From NCBI GenBank assembly GCA_034112285.1, contig JAWUVP010000016.1, positions 14,403-78,402 on the forward strand: a stretch of 64,000 bases of DNA, in the 5' to 3' direction. Positions 42,843 through 54,323 of the stretch are shown one piece after another (position 1 is the stretch's first letter; every line of letters starts with the position of its first letter). The notes below the pieces were generated by a model. That model searched no databases and was not told the origin of the DNA. It saw only the letters and a list, made by a program, of their open reading frames with translations. The position numbers and the translations under genes were made by a program. This DNA is from Gammaproteobacteria bacterium. Its GTDB lineage: Bacteria; Pseudomonadota; Gammaproteobacteria; JABDGN01.

Positions 42843-43673
42843 TTACTTTGAATTCTTACGACGACGAACAATAAACTTACTAGTACGTTTATTGTGACGA
42901 GTTTTCTTACCTTTGGTTTTAACACCCCAAGGCGTAACAGGGTGACGGCCACCAGAAGTACGTCCTTCACCACCACCATGTGGATGATCAACCGGGTTCA
43001 TGGCTACACCACGAACGGTTGGACGTATACCACGCCAGCGACTAGCACCCGCTTTACCGAGTGAACGTAAACTGTGTTCTGAGTTACTCACTTCGCCGAT
43101 TGTGGCTTGGCAGTTAACGTGTACTTTACGCACTTCACCAGAGCGTAAACGTAATGTTGCGTAATCACCTTCACGCGCTAATAATTGCACGCTTGCACCT
43201 GCACTACGTGCCATCTGCGCGCCTTTACCAGGACGCATTTCGATACAATGAATAGTGGTACCAATTGGAATGCTACGCAACGGCAGGCTATTACCCGCTT
43301 TAATGGCAACATCATCACCGGAAACAACCGTGTCATCTTTCTTTAAGCCTTTAGGGGCAATAATATAACGACGTTCACCATCAGAATAAACAAGCAATGC
43401 GATGTGGGCGCTGCGATTTGGATCATATTCCAAACGTTCAACAGTCCCTACAACACCTGGCTTATTACGCTTAAAATCGATAATACGGTAACGTTGCTTA
43501 TGACCACCACCGTGGTGACGAGTCGTAATGCGGCCCATATTATTACGGCCAGCTTTTTTAGGCTTGGCAGTCGTTAAAGGACCATGAGGCTTACCTTTAT
43601 GTAAAGGTGAATCCACCACCATCGTAACAAAACGACGTCCGGGTGAAGTTGGTTTGGCTCTTTGTAATGTCAT
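42843..43673 (-). CDS. rplB: 50S ribosomal protein L2
   Basis: 276 aa, canonical L2. Confidence 0.92.
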   Translation of the reverse strand: MTLQRAKPTSPGRRFVTMVVDSPLHKGKPHGPLTTAKPKKAGRNNMGRITTRHHGGGHKQRYRIIDFKRNKPGVVGTVERLEYDPNRSAHIALLVYSDGERRYIIAPKGLKKDDTVVSGDDVAIKAGNSLPLRSIPIGTTIHCIEMRPGKGAQMARSAGASVQLLAREGDYATLRLRSGEVRKVHVNCQATIGEVSNSEHSLRSLGKAGASRWRGIRPTVRGVAMNPVDHPHGGGEGRTSGGRHPVTPWGVKTKGKKTRHNKRTSKFIVRRRKNSK

Positions 43674-43675
43674 TC

Positions 43676-43975
43676 TTAGCTCTCCTTACCGGCAAAATTA
43701 AGGTCGCTACCTTCAGCTAGGCTGACGTAGGCTTTCTTCCAGTCTTTGCGCTTGCCTGCAACTTGGCGAAAGTTACGTTTTTTGCCTTTAACATTGGCAA
43801 TACGAACATTTTTAACTTTAGTTTCAAACAACATTTCAACGGCTGCTTTCACTTCAGGCTTCGTTGCGTCTTTAGTAACTTTGAACACAACTTGATTGTG
43901 TTTCTCACCAATCTGAGTTGATTTTTCTGACACATGTGGTGTCAGAAGTATATTCATAATACGTTCTTGATTCAT
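43676..43975 (-). CDS. rplW: 50S ribosomal protein L23
   Basis: 99 aa, L23 collinear. Confidence 0.9.
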   Translation of the reverse strand: MNQERIMNILLTPHVSEKSTQIGEKHNQVVFKVTKDATKPEVKAAVEMLFETKVKNVRIANVKGKKRNFRQVAGKRKDWKKAYVSLAEGSDLNFAGKES

Positions 43976-44592
43976 CCTAACATCTCCTCAACTTGTTTAA
44001 TCGCAGGGACTGTCATTATAACCTTATGGTAAGACATTAAGCATACCGGGTTAACAGCTTGCACATCAATAACATCAACGTTAGATAAGTTGCGTGCTGA
44101 TAAAAACAAATTCTTATCAACTTCGCTAGCTACGATTAAGACCTTTTCTACATTAAGCGCTTTCAAAGTCTTGGCTAAATCTTTAGTCTTAGGTGTGGAC
44201 ATCGTAAGATCTTTTACTGCAACTAAACGGCCATCCTCAACTAAGAAAGACATAATCGAGCGCATTGCGCCGCGATACATCTTACGATTCACTTTGTGTG
44301 AATGGTCACGCGGCTGCGCAGCAAACGTTACGCCACCTTTACGCCATAAAGGACCACGGCTTGTACCCGCACGTGCACGACCAGTACCTTTTTGACGCCA
44401 TGGCTTAGCACCACCGCCACTGACTGCTGAACGATTTTTTTGTGCTTTAGTTCCTTGACGGCCACCTGCTTGATAGGCAACTACAACTTGATGAATCAAA
44501 GGTTCGTTATATTCGCGACCAAAGACTTCATCATTTACAGAAAGCTTTTCGCTCGTTTTATTATCTGGAGTAATAAGTGTTATATCCATCAT
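43972..44592 (-). CDS. rplD: 50S ribosomal protein L4
   Basis: 206 aa, L4 collinear. Confidence 0.92.
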   Translation of the reverse strand: MMDITLITPDNKTSEKLSVNDEVFGREYNEPLIHQVVVAYQAGGRQGTKAQKNRSAVSGGGAKPWRQKGTGRARAGTSRGPLWRKGGVTFAAQPRDHSHKVNRKMYRGAMRSIMSFLVEDGRLVAVKDLTMSTPKTKDLAKTLKALNVEKVLIVASEVDKNLFLSARNLSNVDVIDVQAVNPVCLMSYHKVIMTVPAIKQVEEMLG

Positions 44593-44600
44593 TGCTCTCC

Positions 44601-45239
44601 TTATACCGACTGCTTGATAGCAGAAGTAATTACTACGTCGCCTTTTGGCGCACCAGGTACCGCGCCTTTAACCAATAATAGGTTGCGTTCGGCATCAATT
44701 TTAACTACTTGTAAATTTTCAGCAGTTACATTTTTGTTTCCCATTTGCCCGGCCATTTTCTTACCTTTGAAAACACGACCTGGCGTTTGGTTTTGACCAG
44801 TAGAACCAATCGCACGATGTGATACAGAGTTACCATGCGTCGCATCTTGCATTGAGAAGTTATGACGCTTCACACCACCTTGAAAACCCTTACCTTTCGA
44901 GGTGCCACGCACATCAACGGCTTTAATTTCTGCAAATCGTTCTACCGTTAGTGAGGCACCTAATTCAATACCGTCCATTTCGCTACTATCAACACGAAAT
45001 TCCCATAAGCCACGACCGGCTTCTGTATTCGCTTTTGCAAAATGACCTGCTTTGGGCTTGCTTACTCGAGAAGCTTTGCGCGCACCCGTGGTGACTTGCA
45101 CCGAAGTATAGCCATCATTTTCAAGTGTTTTAAGCTGCGTTACCCTGTTAGGTAGCACTTCAATTACGGTAACTGGGATGCTCTCGTCATCTGTGAAGAT
45201 ACGACTCATACCAATTTTTCTTCCAATCATTCCAAACAT
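44601..45239 (-). CDS. rplC: 50S ribosomal protein L3
   Basis: [16 protein letters not shown]... Confidence 0.92.
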   Translation of the reverse strand: MFGMIGRKIGMSRIFTDDESIPVTVIEVLPNRVTQLKTLENDGYTSVQVTTGARKASRVSKPKAGHFAKANTEAGRGLWEFRVDSSEMDGIELGASLTVERFAEIKAVDVRGTSKGKGFQGGVKRHNFSMQDATHGNSVSHRAIGSTGQNQTPGRVFKGKKMAGQMGNKNVTAENLQVVKIDAERNLLLVKGAVPGAPKGDVVITSAIKQSV

Positions 45240-45268
45240 TTATATCACCTTAATCTTGTGAGCGTAAA

Positions 45269-45769
45269 TTACGCGCCACTACTGCCTAAACTAATTTGTA
45301 CATCAACACCCGCGGCTAAATCTAATTTCATTAGCGAATCAACCGTTTTTTCTGTAGGGGCGACAATGTCAACCATACGTTTGTGTGTACGCAATTCATA
45401 TTGGTCACGTGCATCTTTATTTACATGTGGCGAAACCAAAATCGTAAAACGCTCTATGCGTGTTGGCAAAGGAATTGGACCAACCAATTTCGCGCCGGTA
45501 CGCTTTGCTGTGCTAACAATTTCAGCGGTTGATTTGTCAATCAAACGATGGTCAAAAGACTTAAGCTTAATACGAATGCGTTGTTTTGACATCGCTTCCG
45601 TTTTTTTGCTTGTGGCCTTTTTCGCAGCTGGCTTCTTAGCTGCTGGCTTTTTAGCTACCACTTTTTTGGCTGCTGGCTTTTTAGCCGGCGCTTTTGCAGT
45701 CACTTCAGTTGCTTTTGTCTCAACTTTTGCTTCTTCAGTATTCGTATTATCTGTTTTATCAGTTGTCAT
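45269..45769 (-). CDS. rpsJ: 30S ribosomal protein S10, apparently with a ~59-aa Lys/Ala/Pro-rich N-terminal extension (canonical S10 start would be the ATG at 45592)
   Basis: Canonical S10 ([19 protein letters not shown]...) begins at codon 60 with a weak, close SD. The long ORF is in frame. It starts at an ATG (45769) behind a strong AGGGAG SD, 10 nt after the fusA stop. Confidence 0.8.
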   Translation of the reverse strand: MTTDKTDNTNTEEAKVETKATEVTAKAPAKKPAAKKVVAKKPAAKKPAAKKATSKKTEAMSKQRIRIKLKSFDHRLIDKSTAEIVSTAKRTGAKLVGPIPLPTRIERFTILVSPHVNKDARDQYELRTHKRMVDIVAPTEKTVDSLMKLDLAAGVDVQISLGSSGA

Positions 45770-45779
45770 AACGTCTCCC

Positions 45780-47882
45780 TTATGCCGCGTGTTTTTTAAT
45801 TACTTCATCGGCAACACTCTTCGGAGCTTCTGAATATTTTTCAAACTCCATTGAATATGTTGCACGCCCTTGAGACATGGAACGCAAATCAGTTGCGTAA
45901 CCAAACATCTCTGAAAGAGGTACTGCTGCGTTGATAGTCTTACCAGACACGGTATCTTCCATACCTTGCACGATACCGCGACGACGATTTAAATCACCCA
46001 TCACGTCACCCATATAATCCTCTGGGGTAACCACTTCAACTTTCATCATTGGCTCAAGTAAAACCGCACCTGCATTCAACGCACCTTGCTTCAAGGCCAT
46101 TGAGCCGGCAATTTTAAAAGCCATTTCATTTGAATCGACATCATGATATGAACCATCATAAAGTGTCGCTTTCACATCAACTAATGGGAAACCAGCTAAA
46201 ACGCCATTTTCCATTTGTTCTTTAACACCCTTATCAACGGCGCCGATGTATTCGCGTGGAACCGCTCCACCCACAATTTCATTAACAAACTCATACCCAT
46301 CACCAGCAACTTGTGGCTCTAGTTTTATCCAAACATGACCGTATTGACCACGACCACCTGATTGGCGTACAAATTTACCTTCTTGCTCAACCGTTTTACG
46401 AATCGTTTCACGGTAAGCAACTTGTGGTTTACCTACATTCGCTTCAACGTTAAATTCACGTCTCATGCGGTCTACAATAATTTCCAAATGAAGCTCACCC
46501 ATGCCGCCAATAATGGTCTGGCCTGACTCTTCATCGGTGCGAACAGTGAATGATGGATCTTCTTGCGCTAACTTACCTAACGCAACACCCATTTTTTCTT
46601 GGTCAGCCTTAGTTTTAGGCTCAACTGCAACGAAGATAACTGGCTCTGGGAAATCCATACGCTCTAAAGTGATAATATCACTTAAGGCACATAAGGTTTC
46701 ACCGGTTGTGACATCTTTAAGTCCAACGGCAGCAGCGATATCACCAGCGCGAACCTCTTTAATTTCTTCACGAGTGTTTGAATGCATCTGTAAGATACGA
46801 CCAACGCGCTCTTTGCGATGTTTAACTGGGTTATAAATAGTGTCACCAGAAGACAGTATACCCGAGTAAACCCGGAAGAATGTCAGTGTACCCACGAACG
46901 GGTCAGTAGCAATTTTAAAGGCTAATGCCGAGAAAGGCTCATCGTCACTCGCTTTACGATCTGATTCTGTTTCATCTTTATCGTCCAACACGCCTTTAAT
47001 TGGCGGCACGTCGGTTGGCGCTGGCATATAATCAATCATACCATCTAACATGGCCTGCACACCTTTGTTTTTAAAGGCTGTACCACAGAAAACAGGAACC
47101 ACCTCATTGGCCAATGTGCGCGCACGAATACCTTTGCGAATTTCTTCTTCAGAAAGTTTTTCACCTTCTAAATATTTTTCCATTAATTCTTCGGTAGCTT
47201 CTGCAGCGGCTTCAATTAAGTTTTCACGCCATTTTTCTGCATCAGCTTGCATGTCAGCAGGGATATCTGCATAAGTATGTTTCATACCCATGTTTTCTTC
47301 TTCCCAATAGATTGCCTTCATTTTCAAAAGGTCAATCACACCTTTGAAATCTTTTTCAGCACCGATAGCTAATTGCACAGGCACAGGATTTGCACCTAAA
47401 CGCTCAACAATGGTTTCAACAACGCGCAAGAAATTTGCGCCATCGCGGTCCATTTTGTTGACGAAGGCCATACGTGGCACGCCATATTTGTTGGCTTGAC
47501 GCCATACTGTTTCAGATTGCGGCTCAACACCACTTACAGCACAAAACACAGCAACAGCACCATCTAATACACGTAATGAACGCTCTACTTCAATAGTAAA
47601 GTCAACGTGACCAGGGGTGTCAATAATGTTGATACGGTGATTTTTGTATTGCTCATCCATACCACTCCAGAAACAAGTCGTTGCAGCAGAGGTAATAGTA
47701 ATACCACGCTCTTGCTCTTGCTCCATCCAGTCCATAGTGGCGGCGCCATCATGCACTTCACCAATTTTATGTGATACACCAGTATAGTAAAGAATACGCT
47801 CTGTCGTCGTGGTTTTACCGGCATCAATATGCGCCATGATACCAACGTTACGATATTCTTGAATGGGGGTTTTACGGGCCAT
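45780..47882 (-). CDS. fusA: elongation factor G
   Basis: 700 aa, G-domain motifs [21 protein letters not shown]. Confidence 0.95.
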   Translation of the reverse strand: MARKTPIQEYRNVGIMAHIDAGKTTTTERILYYTGVSHKIGEVHDGAATMDWMEQEQERGITITSAATTCFWSGMDEQYKNHRINIIDTPGHVDFTIEVERSLRVLDGAVAVFCAVSGVEPQSETVWRQANKYGVPRMAFVNKMDRDGANFLRVVETIVERLGANPVPVQLAIGAEKDFKGVIDLLKMKAIYWEEENMGMKHTYADIPADMQADAEKWRENLIEAAAEATEELMEKYLEGEKLSEEEIRKGIRARTLANEVVPVFCGTAFKNKGVQAMLDGMIDYMPAPTDVPPIKGVLDDKDETESDRKASDDEPFSALAFKIATDPFVGTLTFFRVYSGILSSGDTIYNPVKHRKERVGRILQMHSNTREEIKEVRAGDIAAAVGLKDVTTGETLCALSDIITLERMDFPEPVIFVAVEPKTKADQEKMGVALGKLAQEDPSFTVRTDEESGQTIIGGMGELHLEIIVDRMRREFNVEANVGKPQVAYRETIRKTVEQEGKFVRQSGGRGQYGHVWIKLEPQVAGDGYEFVNEIVGGAVPREYIGAVDKGVKEQMENGVLAGFPLVDVKATLYDGSYHDVDSNEMAFKIAGSMALKQGALNAGAVLLEPMMKVEVVTPEDYMGDVMGDLNRRRGIVQGMEDTVSGKTINAAVPLSEMFGYATDLRSMSQGRATYSMEFEKYSEAPKSVADEVIKKHAA

Positions 47883-47894
47883 GAATTAACTCCT

Positions 47895-48383
<489 letters not shown>

Positions 48384-48388
48384 CTACC

Positions 48389-48763
48389 TTATTTCTTTGG
48401 TCGTTTAGTGCCGTATTTAGAACGGCCTTGCTTACGATCACTAACACCACTGGTATCTAAGCTACCGCGAACAGTGTGATAACGCACACCCGGCAAATCT
48501 TTTACCCGACCACCGCGAATAAGCACAACTGAATGCTCTTGCAGGTTATGACCTTCACCACCAATATAAGAGGTGACTTCAAAACCGTTGGTTAAGCGCA
48601 CACGAGCGACTTTACGCAAGGCAGAGTTAGGTTTTTTAGGTGTTGTGGTGTAAACACGGGTACAAACACCGCGTTTTTGAGGACAGGCTTTCAAAGCCGG
48701 TACATTTGTCTTTTTAATGACTTTTTTGCGTCCTTTACGGACTAATTGGTTAATCGTTGCCAT
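48389..48763 (-). CDS. rpsL: 30S ribosomal protein S12
   Basis: [13 protein letters not shown]...[11 protein letters not shown]. Confidence 0.95.
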   Translation of the reverse strand: MATINQLVRKGRKKVIKKTNVPALKACPQKRGVCTRVYTTTPKKPNSALRKVARVRLTNGFEVTSYIGGEGHNLQEHSVVLIRGGRVKDLPGVRYHTVRGSLDTSGVSDRKQGRSKYGTKRPKK

Positions 48764-49283
48764 ATCTAGTTACTTCTCCCAAACTGGTTAGGCCTTACTT
48801 AAAATACAAAAACCCCCAACCATATCAACATGATAGAGTAGGGATTTAAAACTTATGTCGCCCAATTGGCGACTTTCTCTCATTTAGGGTCCCGGGCTTT
48901 TCGGCCCTACCTGCGGCCCTAATGAGGCTATTCAGGGACACGCAATATACACCACTTAACCTGTATTGCCAAGGGAAAATGTATAATTATTTTCTACGCC
49001 GGCATTGCCAAGACATTCCATGTCTAATTGAGTCGATGCTGCTCCTTAATATAAAATGTGTCTAACCGGAGCTTTAGGGAGGCAAAGCCACGGCCTAAAA
49101 CACCCATAGTTGTATTTCGTCTGTTTTTTACCTCAAACCACCTCTAAAACGCTCAATATTAATACAGTCCGTTAATATTTACTTAAGGTTGCTCCGATAC
49201 AATCAGCCAAGCCCAGGGAATACCCCTTCATTAACAGGTAAAAGCCATTTTGGCGGAAGAACCTAATTACAGTGAGTAGAACA

Positions 49284-52200
49284 ATGAAAATATTGCGCAA
49301 AGCCATTTTAACCAGCATCGGTATCTTACCTTTTTTCGCTCCCCTATCTGCCTTTGCTGCAGATGACGCAACCGATACGAAAGATTTATTGAGCAGTAGC
49401 GAGCTTGACTGGCGCAAGTCGCGCTTTAGTCTGGTTGCTGAATCTGGCTCACGCACCCTTGGTACGGTGGATGCCTTCGTGCCTTTCATGGGCAACGAAG
49501 ATTTCATGATTTATGCGGATTTAATGGCAAAACTGGGCTCAGGTGCCAGCAATGCTAGCGGCAACACCTTTGAAGGCAACCTCGGCTTAGGCTTTCGACG
49601 TGTGAACGATAAAGAAACAGCTATCTATGGTATGTACGCCTTTTACGATAGTCTACGTTCCGTTAACGACAACACCTTTCAACAGGTCACTGTCGGTGCT
49701 GAACGCTTAGGCTTAACCTGGGATTTTCGGGCCAATGTCTACTTGCCCTTGGGTGAAAAATCCCTGACCAAAGATGTCTATAAAGGTGGCAAAGTGGTGA
49801 TTGATGCACACAACTTAATTGAGTACATCAAATTAAACACTGAAACCATTACCACTGGTTACGATGTTGAAGTCGGCCGCACCCTGGGCACCAATAAATT
49901 GCGCGGCTACATCGGCGCTTATTCCTTTGGCAAAGATTTATCGGGCCCACGTATGCGCTTGGAATATCAACTGTCCTCTCACCTAACCTTAACGGGTAGT
50001 TTGCAACACGACAAAGATCGCGGCACCCAATATTTGTTAGGCGCGCGCATGAGTGTCGGCGGCAGTCAGGCAGAAAATTCTAACAGCATTTACAATCGCA
50101 TGACCGCCCCTGTGGTACGTGATGTTGATATTGTGACGAAAGTCACCGAAACAGATATGACTAAGGTCGAGCTAGATCGCTTCTACATGGTAGATGTCGA
50201 CAACCAAGCCAACGGCGATGGCACCTTAGAAAACCCGTTTAACTCTATCAATGACGCCATTAATGCTGCGCCGGAAAACGCCATTATTTTTGTCGTGGGA
50301 AAAAATGGCGAGCCGCAACAATTAGGCGGCGATACAAGCTTAAAAGAAGGCCAACTGTTGTGGGGTGGCTATGAACCACTCTATTGGGATTTCGACCAAG
50401 GCTTACCGCGCTTTGTTCCCAATGACGGCGACACCTTATTAATTCAATCAGGCAGTGGCGTGCGCCAGACCTTGAGTGGGGGAATTACCGCCAATGGTAA
50501 CAACATTGGCCTTTACCACTTTGATTTACAGGGCAACGGGCAGAGCGCCGATGGCGTTTTTATTAATGATCACAACGGGGTGGTTGTTAATGACGTCAAC
50601 ATTAGTGGTTTTGATACCGGCATTCAAATTTTAGGAAGCCATACGGATGTTAGCCTGAGCAATATTAAACTCGACCAAAATGGCACCGGTATACTGATTG
50701 AAGGGGGTCAAACGACCTATAGCAACCTCAGCATTAGCAATAGCGAGAACTATGGCATTCAAATGAGTGGTGGTTCTTCGCTGAGCGGCGACCATGTCGA
50801 AATCAGCAACAGTGGCCTAGATGGCATGCACATTGATAATGCAACCTTTAGTAGCAACAGCTTAACGATTAACAACAGCGAAGACAACGGCGTTTATCAA
50901 CAAGGTGGTAGCTTTAATGTGTTCGGAGCCGGTGCCGTTAGCAACAGTGGCAAAGATGGTATGCACTTTGAAAATGTAAGCTTTAGCGCCGGTAGTTTAA
51001 TGATTAGTGATAGCGATGGTTATGGCCTTTTCCAAACCGGGGGCAGCTTTGAGGTGCTGGGCAAAACCTCTGTCAGCGACAGCAAACAAGATGGCATCTA
51101 CTTTGAAAATCTTGATGCACGTATTGGTAGCATGAGTATCAGCAATAGTGGTGGCAAGGGTCTTTATCAAAACGGCGGTAGTTTAGTGGCCAGTGGTGAC
51201 TTGATAGCCAATAACAGCCAAGCTGATGGCATTTATTTACAAAATGTCACCGCGCTGGTGAAAAATATTAGCAGCACTGAAGCTGGCATGAATGGTTTAG
51301 TGCTTAACAACAGTGAGTTAAATGTTACGGGCTCGCTCGTCGCAGACAATAATGAAGCTTCAGGCATTGTTAATCAAGCGAGTAAATTGCGCATTGATGG
51401 GAAAAGTAGCAGCAGTGAGAATGGTGAATTCGGCTACTATGGCGAACACGGCAGCCTAACCGGTAGTGGTAGCTTGGAGACCTCTGCTAACAATTCAAGC
51501 GGATTTTTTGCCAGCGACAGCACAATTGAGCTGGGTGGTCTTACCAGCAACGCGAATGGCCAAGACGGCGTGATTTTACAAGACACTCAAGCAACATTTG
51601 GCTCTCTCACCGCACAAGACAACACAGCCGGAAAGGGTTTAACCATAAGTGGCAACGACAAACAAGTCAGCATTGGCATGGCCGACATTCAACGCAATAC
51701 CGTCGGCATAGTGCAGCATGATGCTGCGCTAACCATTGATAGCGGTAATGTTAGCAACAATACCCAAGAAGGGATTGATAGTTATGGCGCATCATTAACC
51801 ATTAACGATACTAACTTTGCAAACAATGGAACTGACGGCATTAAACTTAACAACGGCAGTCAGTTAACACTCGACGGCGGTAACTTTACTGATAATGGCC
51901 ACCACGGTTTAAACATGACCGACAACAATATCGCCAATATTAGCAATGTAAGCTTTACGCACAATGGTGGCATAACCGAAGATAAAGATGGCAATTCTAT
52001 TGTGCCCGATGCACAAAGCATCGATGATCTTTATAGCGCCATTTCTGTTTCGGGCACCCTAAATGCTAACGGCCTTATTGTGAACAACAATGCGGCTGGT
52101 ATTGAGTTAGTTAACGGTAGCTTAAACATCAACCAAGCTGTTGACAACAATACCAGTACCATTAACGACAATCATGGCTATGGTATTTGGGCGCATCAAA

Positions 52201-53249
52201 AGCAAGACGGCACAACACGAAACATCACTATTTCTAATACGCAGATCACCGGCAATACATTCGTCAATCCTGATGTGAAATTATTGGGTCATGGCATTTA
52301 TGCGCAAGATATCAATGAAATGCATTTAACCGATGTCAGTATGAATAACAATGAAGGCATTGGCTTATCGGTCGAAAGTGGCCGTGTAGCGCTAGATTCT
52401 GTTCAGCTTAACCAAAATAACACCGCGGGTTTATTGGTTGATGGCGGGGATGTCAGCCTTACAGACTCTGAAAGTATTGGCAATGGTAACGGGATAGAAT
52501 TTACGAACGGCAAATTAACCATTACCAACAGCTTCATTACAGACAATAAACATTTAGGTGTTTTATTAAAAAGTAACGCTGATGGTACTACGCGTGAATT
52601 AACCATGCGCGACTCTATTATCGAAGGCACAAAAAATAACAACTCTTCCATCAATTTAGGTCAAGGTGAAGGCCATGGCCTTGAGGTTGATGATAGCAAC
52701 TCAACAGTGACATTATTCAACACCCAAATTATTAATAATGAAGGCCATGGTGTTTATTTGAAAGCCGGTACGTTTACCATGGATGGCGATGATAAAAATT
52801 CATCACGCCTGGGTGAAAATGGTTTAGGTGGAATCTATGCTCTATTTGATAGCACGGCTCCAGAAAAATCTGTGCAACAAATCCACATTAACAACACAAC
52901 CATAGATTTAAATGTAAAGCGCACCGATGTGGAAGGTACCACCGCGGTGAAAATAAATTATCTTGATAAAGTCATGGACAAGACGGTCTTCATGGATAAT
53001 GTCGACATTATTCACAACAACGCTGCCGGCATTCAGTTCGTGTGGACTGATAACAATGCAAACATATATGAGGATAGCACGCCTACCATCACGCGATTAA
53101 CCATGAACAATAATGATGATTCAAATGGAAAATCGAAGCTTATAGACCCGATGATCGATCATGCAACCCTGAACCTTGGCCAAGAAGCAGAGGAATATAT
53201 CATTCGAGGCCAGGGCCGCGAGTTCTTTTGGGAAAAACGTGAACCCTAG
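49284..53249 (+). CDS. large secreted/outer-membrane protein: signal peptide + N-terminal amphipathic-strand beta-barrel-like domain (~aa 40-265) + >1000-aa parallel beta-helix repeat passenger (putative inverse-autotransporter-like adhesin)
   Basis: Signal peptide MKILRKAILTSIGILPFFAPLSAFA. N-terminal strands alternate hydrophobic and polar residues (LGLTWDFRANVYLPLG, LRGYIGAYSFG, RMRLEYQLSSHLTLTG). The rest is 22/44-aa periodic N/S/G/D-rich coils. No C-terminal barrel. Confidence 0.6.
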   Translation: MKILRKAILTSIGILPFFAPLSAFAADDATDTKDLLSSSELDWRKSRFSLVAESGSRTLGTVDAFVPFMGNEDFMIYADLMAKLGSGASNASGNTFEGNLGLGFRRVNDKETAIYGMYAFYDSLRSVNDNTFQQVTVGAERLGLTWDFRANVYLPLGEKSLTKDVYKGGKVVIDAHNLIEYIKLNTETITTGYDVEVGRTLGTNKLRGYIGAYSFGKDLSGPRMRLEYQLSSHLTLTGSLQHDKDRGTQYLLGARMSVGGSQAENSNSIYNRMTAPVVRDVDIVTKVTETDMTKVELDRFYMVDVDNQANGDGTLENPFNSINDAINAAPENAIIFVVGKNGEPQQLGGDTSLKEGQLLWGGYEPLYWDFDQGLPRFVPNDGDTLLIQSGSGVRQTLSGGITANGNNIGLYHFDLQGNGQSADGVFINDHNGVVVNDVNISGFDTGIQILGSHTDVSLSNIKLDQNGTGILIEGGQTTYSNLSISNSENYGIQMSGGSSLSGDHVEISNSGLDGMHIDNATFSSNSLTINNSEDNGVYQQGGSFNVFGAGAVSNSGKDGMHFENVSFSAGSLMISDSDGYGLFQTGGSFEVLGKTSVSDSKQDGIYFENLDARIGSMSISNSGGKGLYQNGGSLVASGDLIANNSQADGIYLQNVTALVKNISSTEAGMNGLVLNNSELNVTGSLVADNNEASGIVNQASKLRIDGKSSSSENGEFGYYGEHGSLTGSGSLETSANNSSGFFASDSTIELGGLTSNANGQDGVILQDTQATFGSLTAQDNTAGKGLTISGNDKQVSIGMADIQRNTVGIVQHDAALTIDSGNVSNNTQEGIDSYGASLTINDTNFANNGTDGIKLNNGSQLTLDGGNFTDNGHHGLNMTDNNIANISNVSFTHNGGITEDKDGNSIVPDAQSIDDLYSAISVSGTLNANGLIVNNNAAGIELVNGSLNINQAVDNNTSTINDNHGYGIWAHQKQDGTTRNITISNTQITGNTFVNPDVKLLGHGIYAQDINEMHLTDVSMNNNEGIGLSVESGRVALDSVQLNQNNTAGLLVDGGDVSLTDSESIGNGNGIEFTNGKLTITNSFITDNKHLGVLLKSNADGTTRELTMRDSIIEGTKNNNSSINLGQGEGHGLEVDDSNSTVTLFNTQIINNEGHGVYLKAGTFTMDGDDKNSSRLGENGLGGIYALFDSTAPEKSVQQIHINNTTIDLNVKRTDVEGTTAVKINYLDKVMDKTVFMDNVDIIHNNAAGIQFVWTDNNANIYEDSTPTITRLTMNNNDDSNGKSKLIDPMIDHATLNLGQEAEEYIIRGQGREFFWEKREP
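50740..51420 (+). repeat. tandem ~132-bp (44-45 aa) coding repeats inside the beta-helix protein
   Basis: Four or more consecutive units of the form S.N[SN]...G[IL]...GGS...G...[IV]S.S..DG[IM][HY][FI][ED]N. Confidence 0.6.
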
Positions 53250-53354
53250 GTTCTGACAAAGCTGAACCTAGGCTTTATGAAATAAATTAAAATTAACAAT
53301 GAGCAGAAGAAATTTAATGAATTGCCAAAACCAAATAAAAATAGGAAACCACCC

Positions 53355-54110
53355 ATGAAAAAATTTAAAATAATTTCACCCCTTTTAATCCTTCTTTCCC
53401 TAGTCGGATTTTCAGCTTACGCGGCCAATGCCGTTGTTGGAACCTGCGATATTGGCAGTGGGACGAATAGCGGATTTTGGTTTTTTCAAAATTTACCTGA
53501 TAACCATAATTTAAATATTAAATACGAAGCTTTAGACGTAGCTGGTGGCGTATATAACAATAGCCAGCTGCCTCCTGGCCTACATTGCTTGCCCTTACCC
53601 AAGCCTGATGCAACATTAAGAATGTGCTTAACATATGATGGAGAGGGGTGTTCAGACTTAAGCACATCTGAGCAATCAAGTTCGGTACAATCAGCGAGTT
53701 GTTTTGAAGATGCATGGGATAATCAAGCAAGACCAGGATGCTACTGGGCACCCAATAGACCGAGGCCAAGCCCTCAAGGTACTCCCGGCATCATAAAAGC
53801 TTCCTGCGGAACTGATCAAATGGGATTTTGGTTTAACCAACATAATTTTGATGAACATCGGAAGAATATGAACCTTTATTATTTAGTGGCTACAGGCTCG
53901 TATTATAATAATAGCCAGCTTCCCGCAGGCTTACATTGTCTTCCTCTACCGGCCCAAGGAGCGAGTATAAGAGTTTGTCAGTCACAACCAGGAGGGCCAA
54001 GAATTAACCCGCTTTGCTTTACTAGCACTGTTGATCTCGATAACGCAAAAGCCGTGACATGCAACAGTAAGTATAGGACTTGTGGTTGGTCTTCAGAAAA
54101 GCCGACATAA
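53355..54110 (+). CDS. secreted cysteine-rich protein, internally duplicated (paralog 1)
   Basis: AGGAAA SD, then ATG, then signal peptide MKKFKIISPLLILLSLVGFSAYA. Two half-repeats, each with GFWF.Q...YNNSQLP.GLHCLP.P...IR.C. About 14 Cys. Confidence 0.65.
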   Translation: MKKFKIISPLLILLSLVGFSAYAANAVVGTCDIGSGTNSGFWFFQNLPDNHNLNIKYEALDVAGGVYNNSQLPPGLHCLPLPKPDATLRMCLTYDGEGCSDLSTSEQSSSVQSASCFEDAWDNQARPGCYWAPNRPRPSPQGTPGIIKASCGTDQMGFWFNQHNFDEHRKNMNLYYLVATGSYYNNSQLPAGLHCLPLPAQGASIRVCQSQPGGPRINPLCFTSTVDLDNAKAVTCNSKYRTCGWSSEKPT

Positions 54111-54323
54111 AAATGGGGCGTCAAGACGGAGCAATCAACAAGCAAGCCTTGCCGAAAAATAAGTAGAGCTTAAAAATAATAAATAATCGAAATTTGATTT
54201 GGCGAAAACTGCGCTATTCCATACTTTTGGGGTCATTTTCGCTAAAGTATATCAACGATTTGTAGACACATGGGCGGCATAATATTGCCCCTTTGCAATA
54301 AAATTAACAATAGGACAACACAC

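Noticed and set aside
45258-45833. 191-aa plus-strand ORF with repetitive FLAAGFLA motifs
   Set aside because: It is the antisense reading of the K/A-rich repeat region and rpsJ. The repetitive codons are just the complement of AKKPAAKK repeats. It has no SD, and a real gene occupies the other strand.
49172-49507. 111-aa minus-strand ORF overlapping the start of the beta-helix gene
   Set aside because: It overlaps the signal-peptide region of a much better-supported gene on the other strand and has no SD. It is probably spurious.
53238-53276. GAACCCTAGGTTC / GAACCTAGGC near-palindromic repeats right after the beta-helix gene stop
   Set aside because: It is short, and the AvrII-site palindrome is partly inside the coding end. 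There is no following T-run, so I could not support it as a terminator or a mobile-element end.
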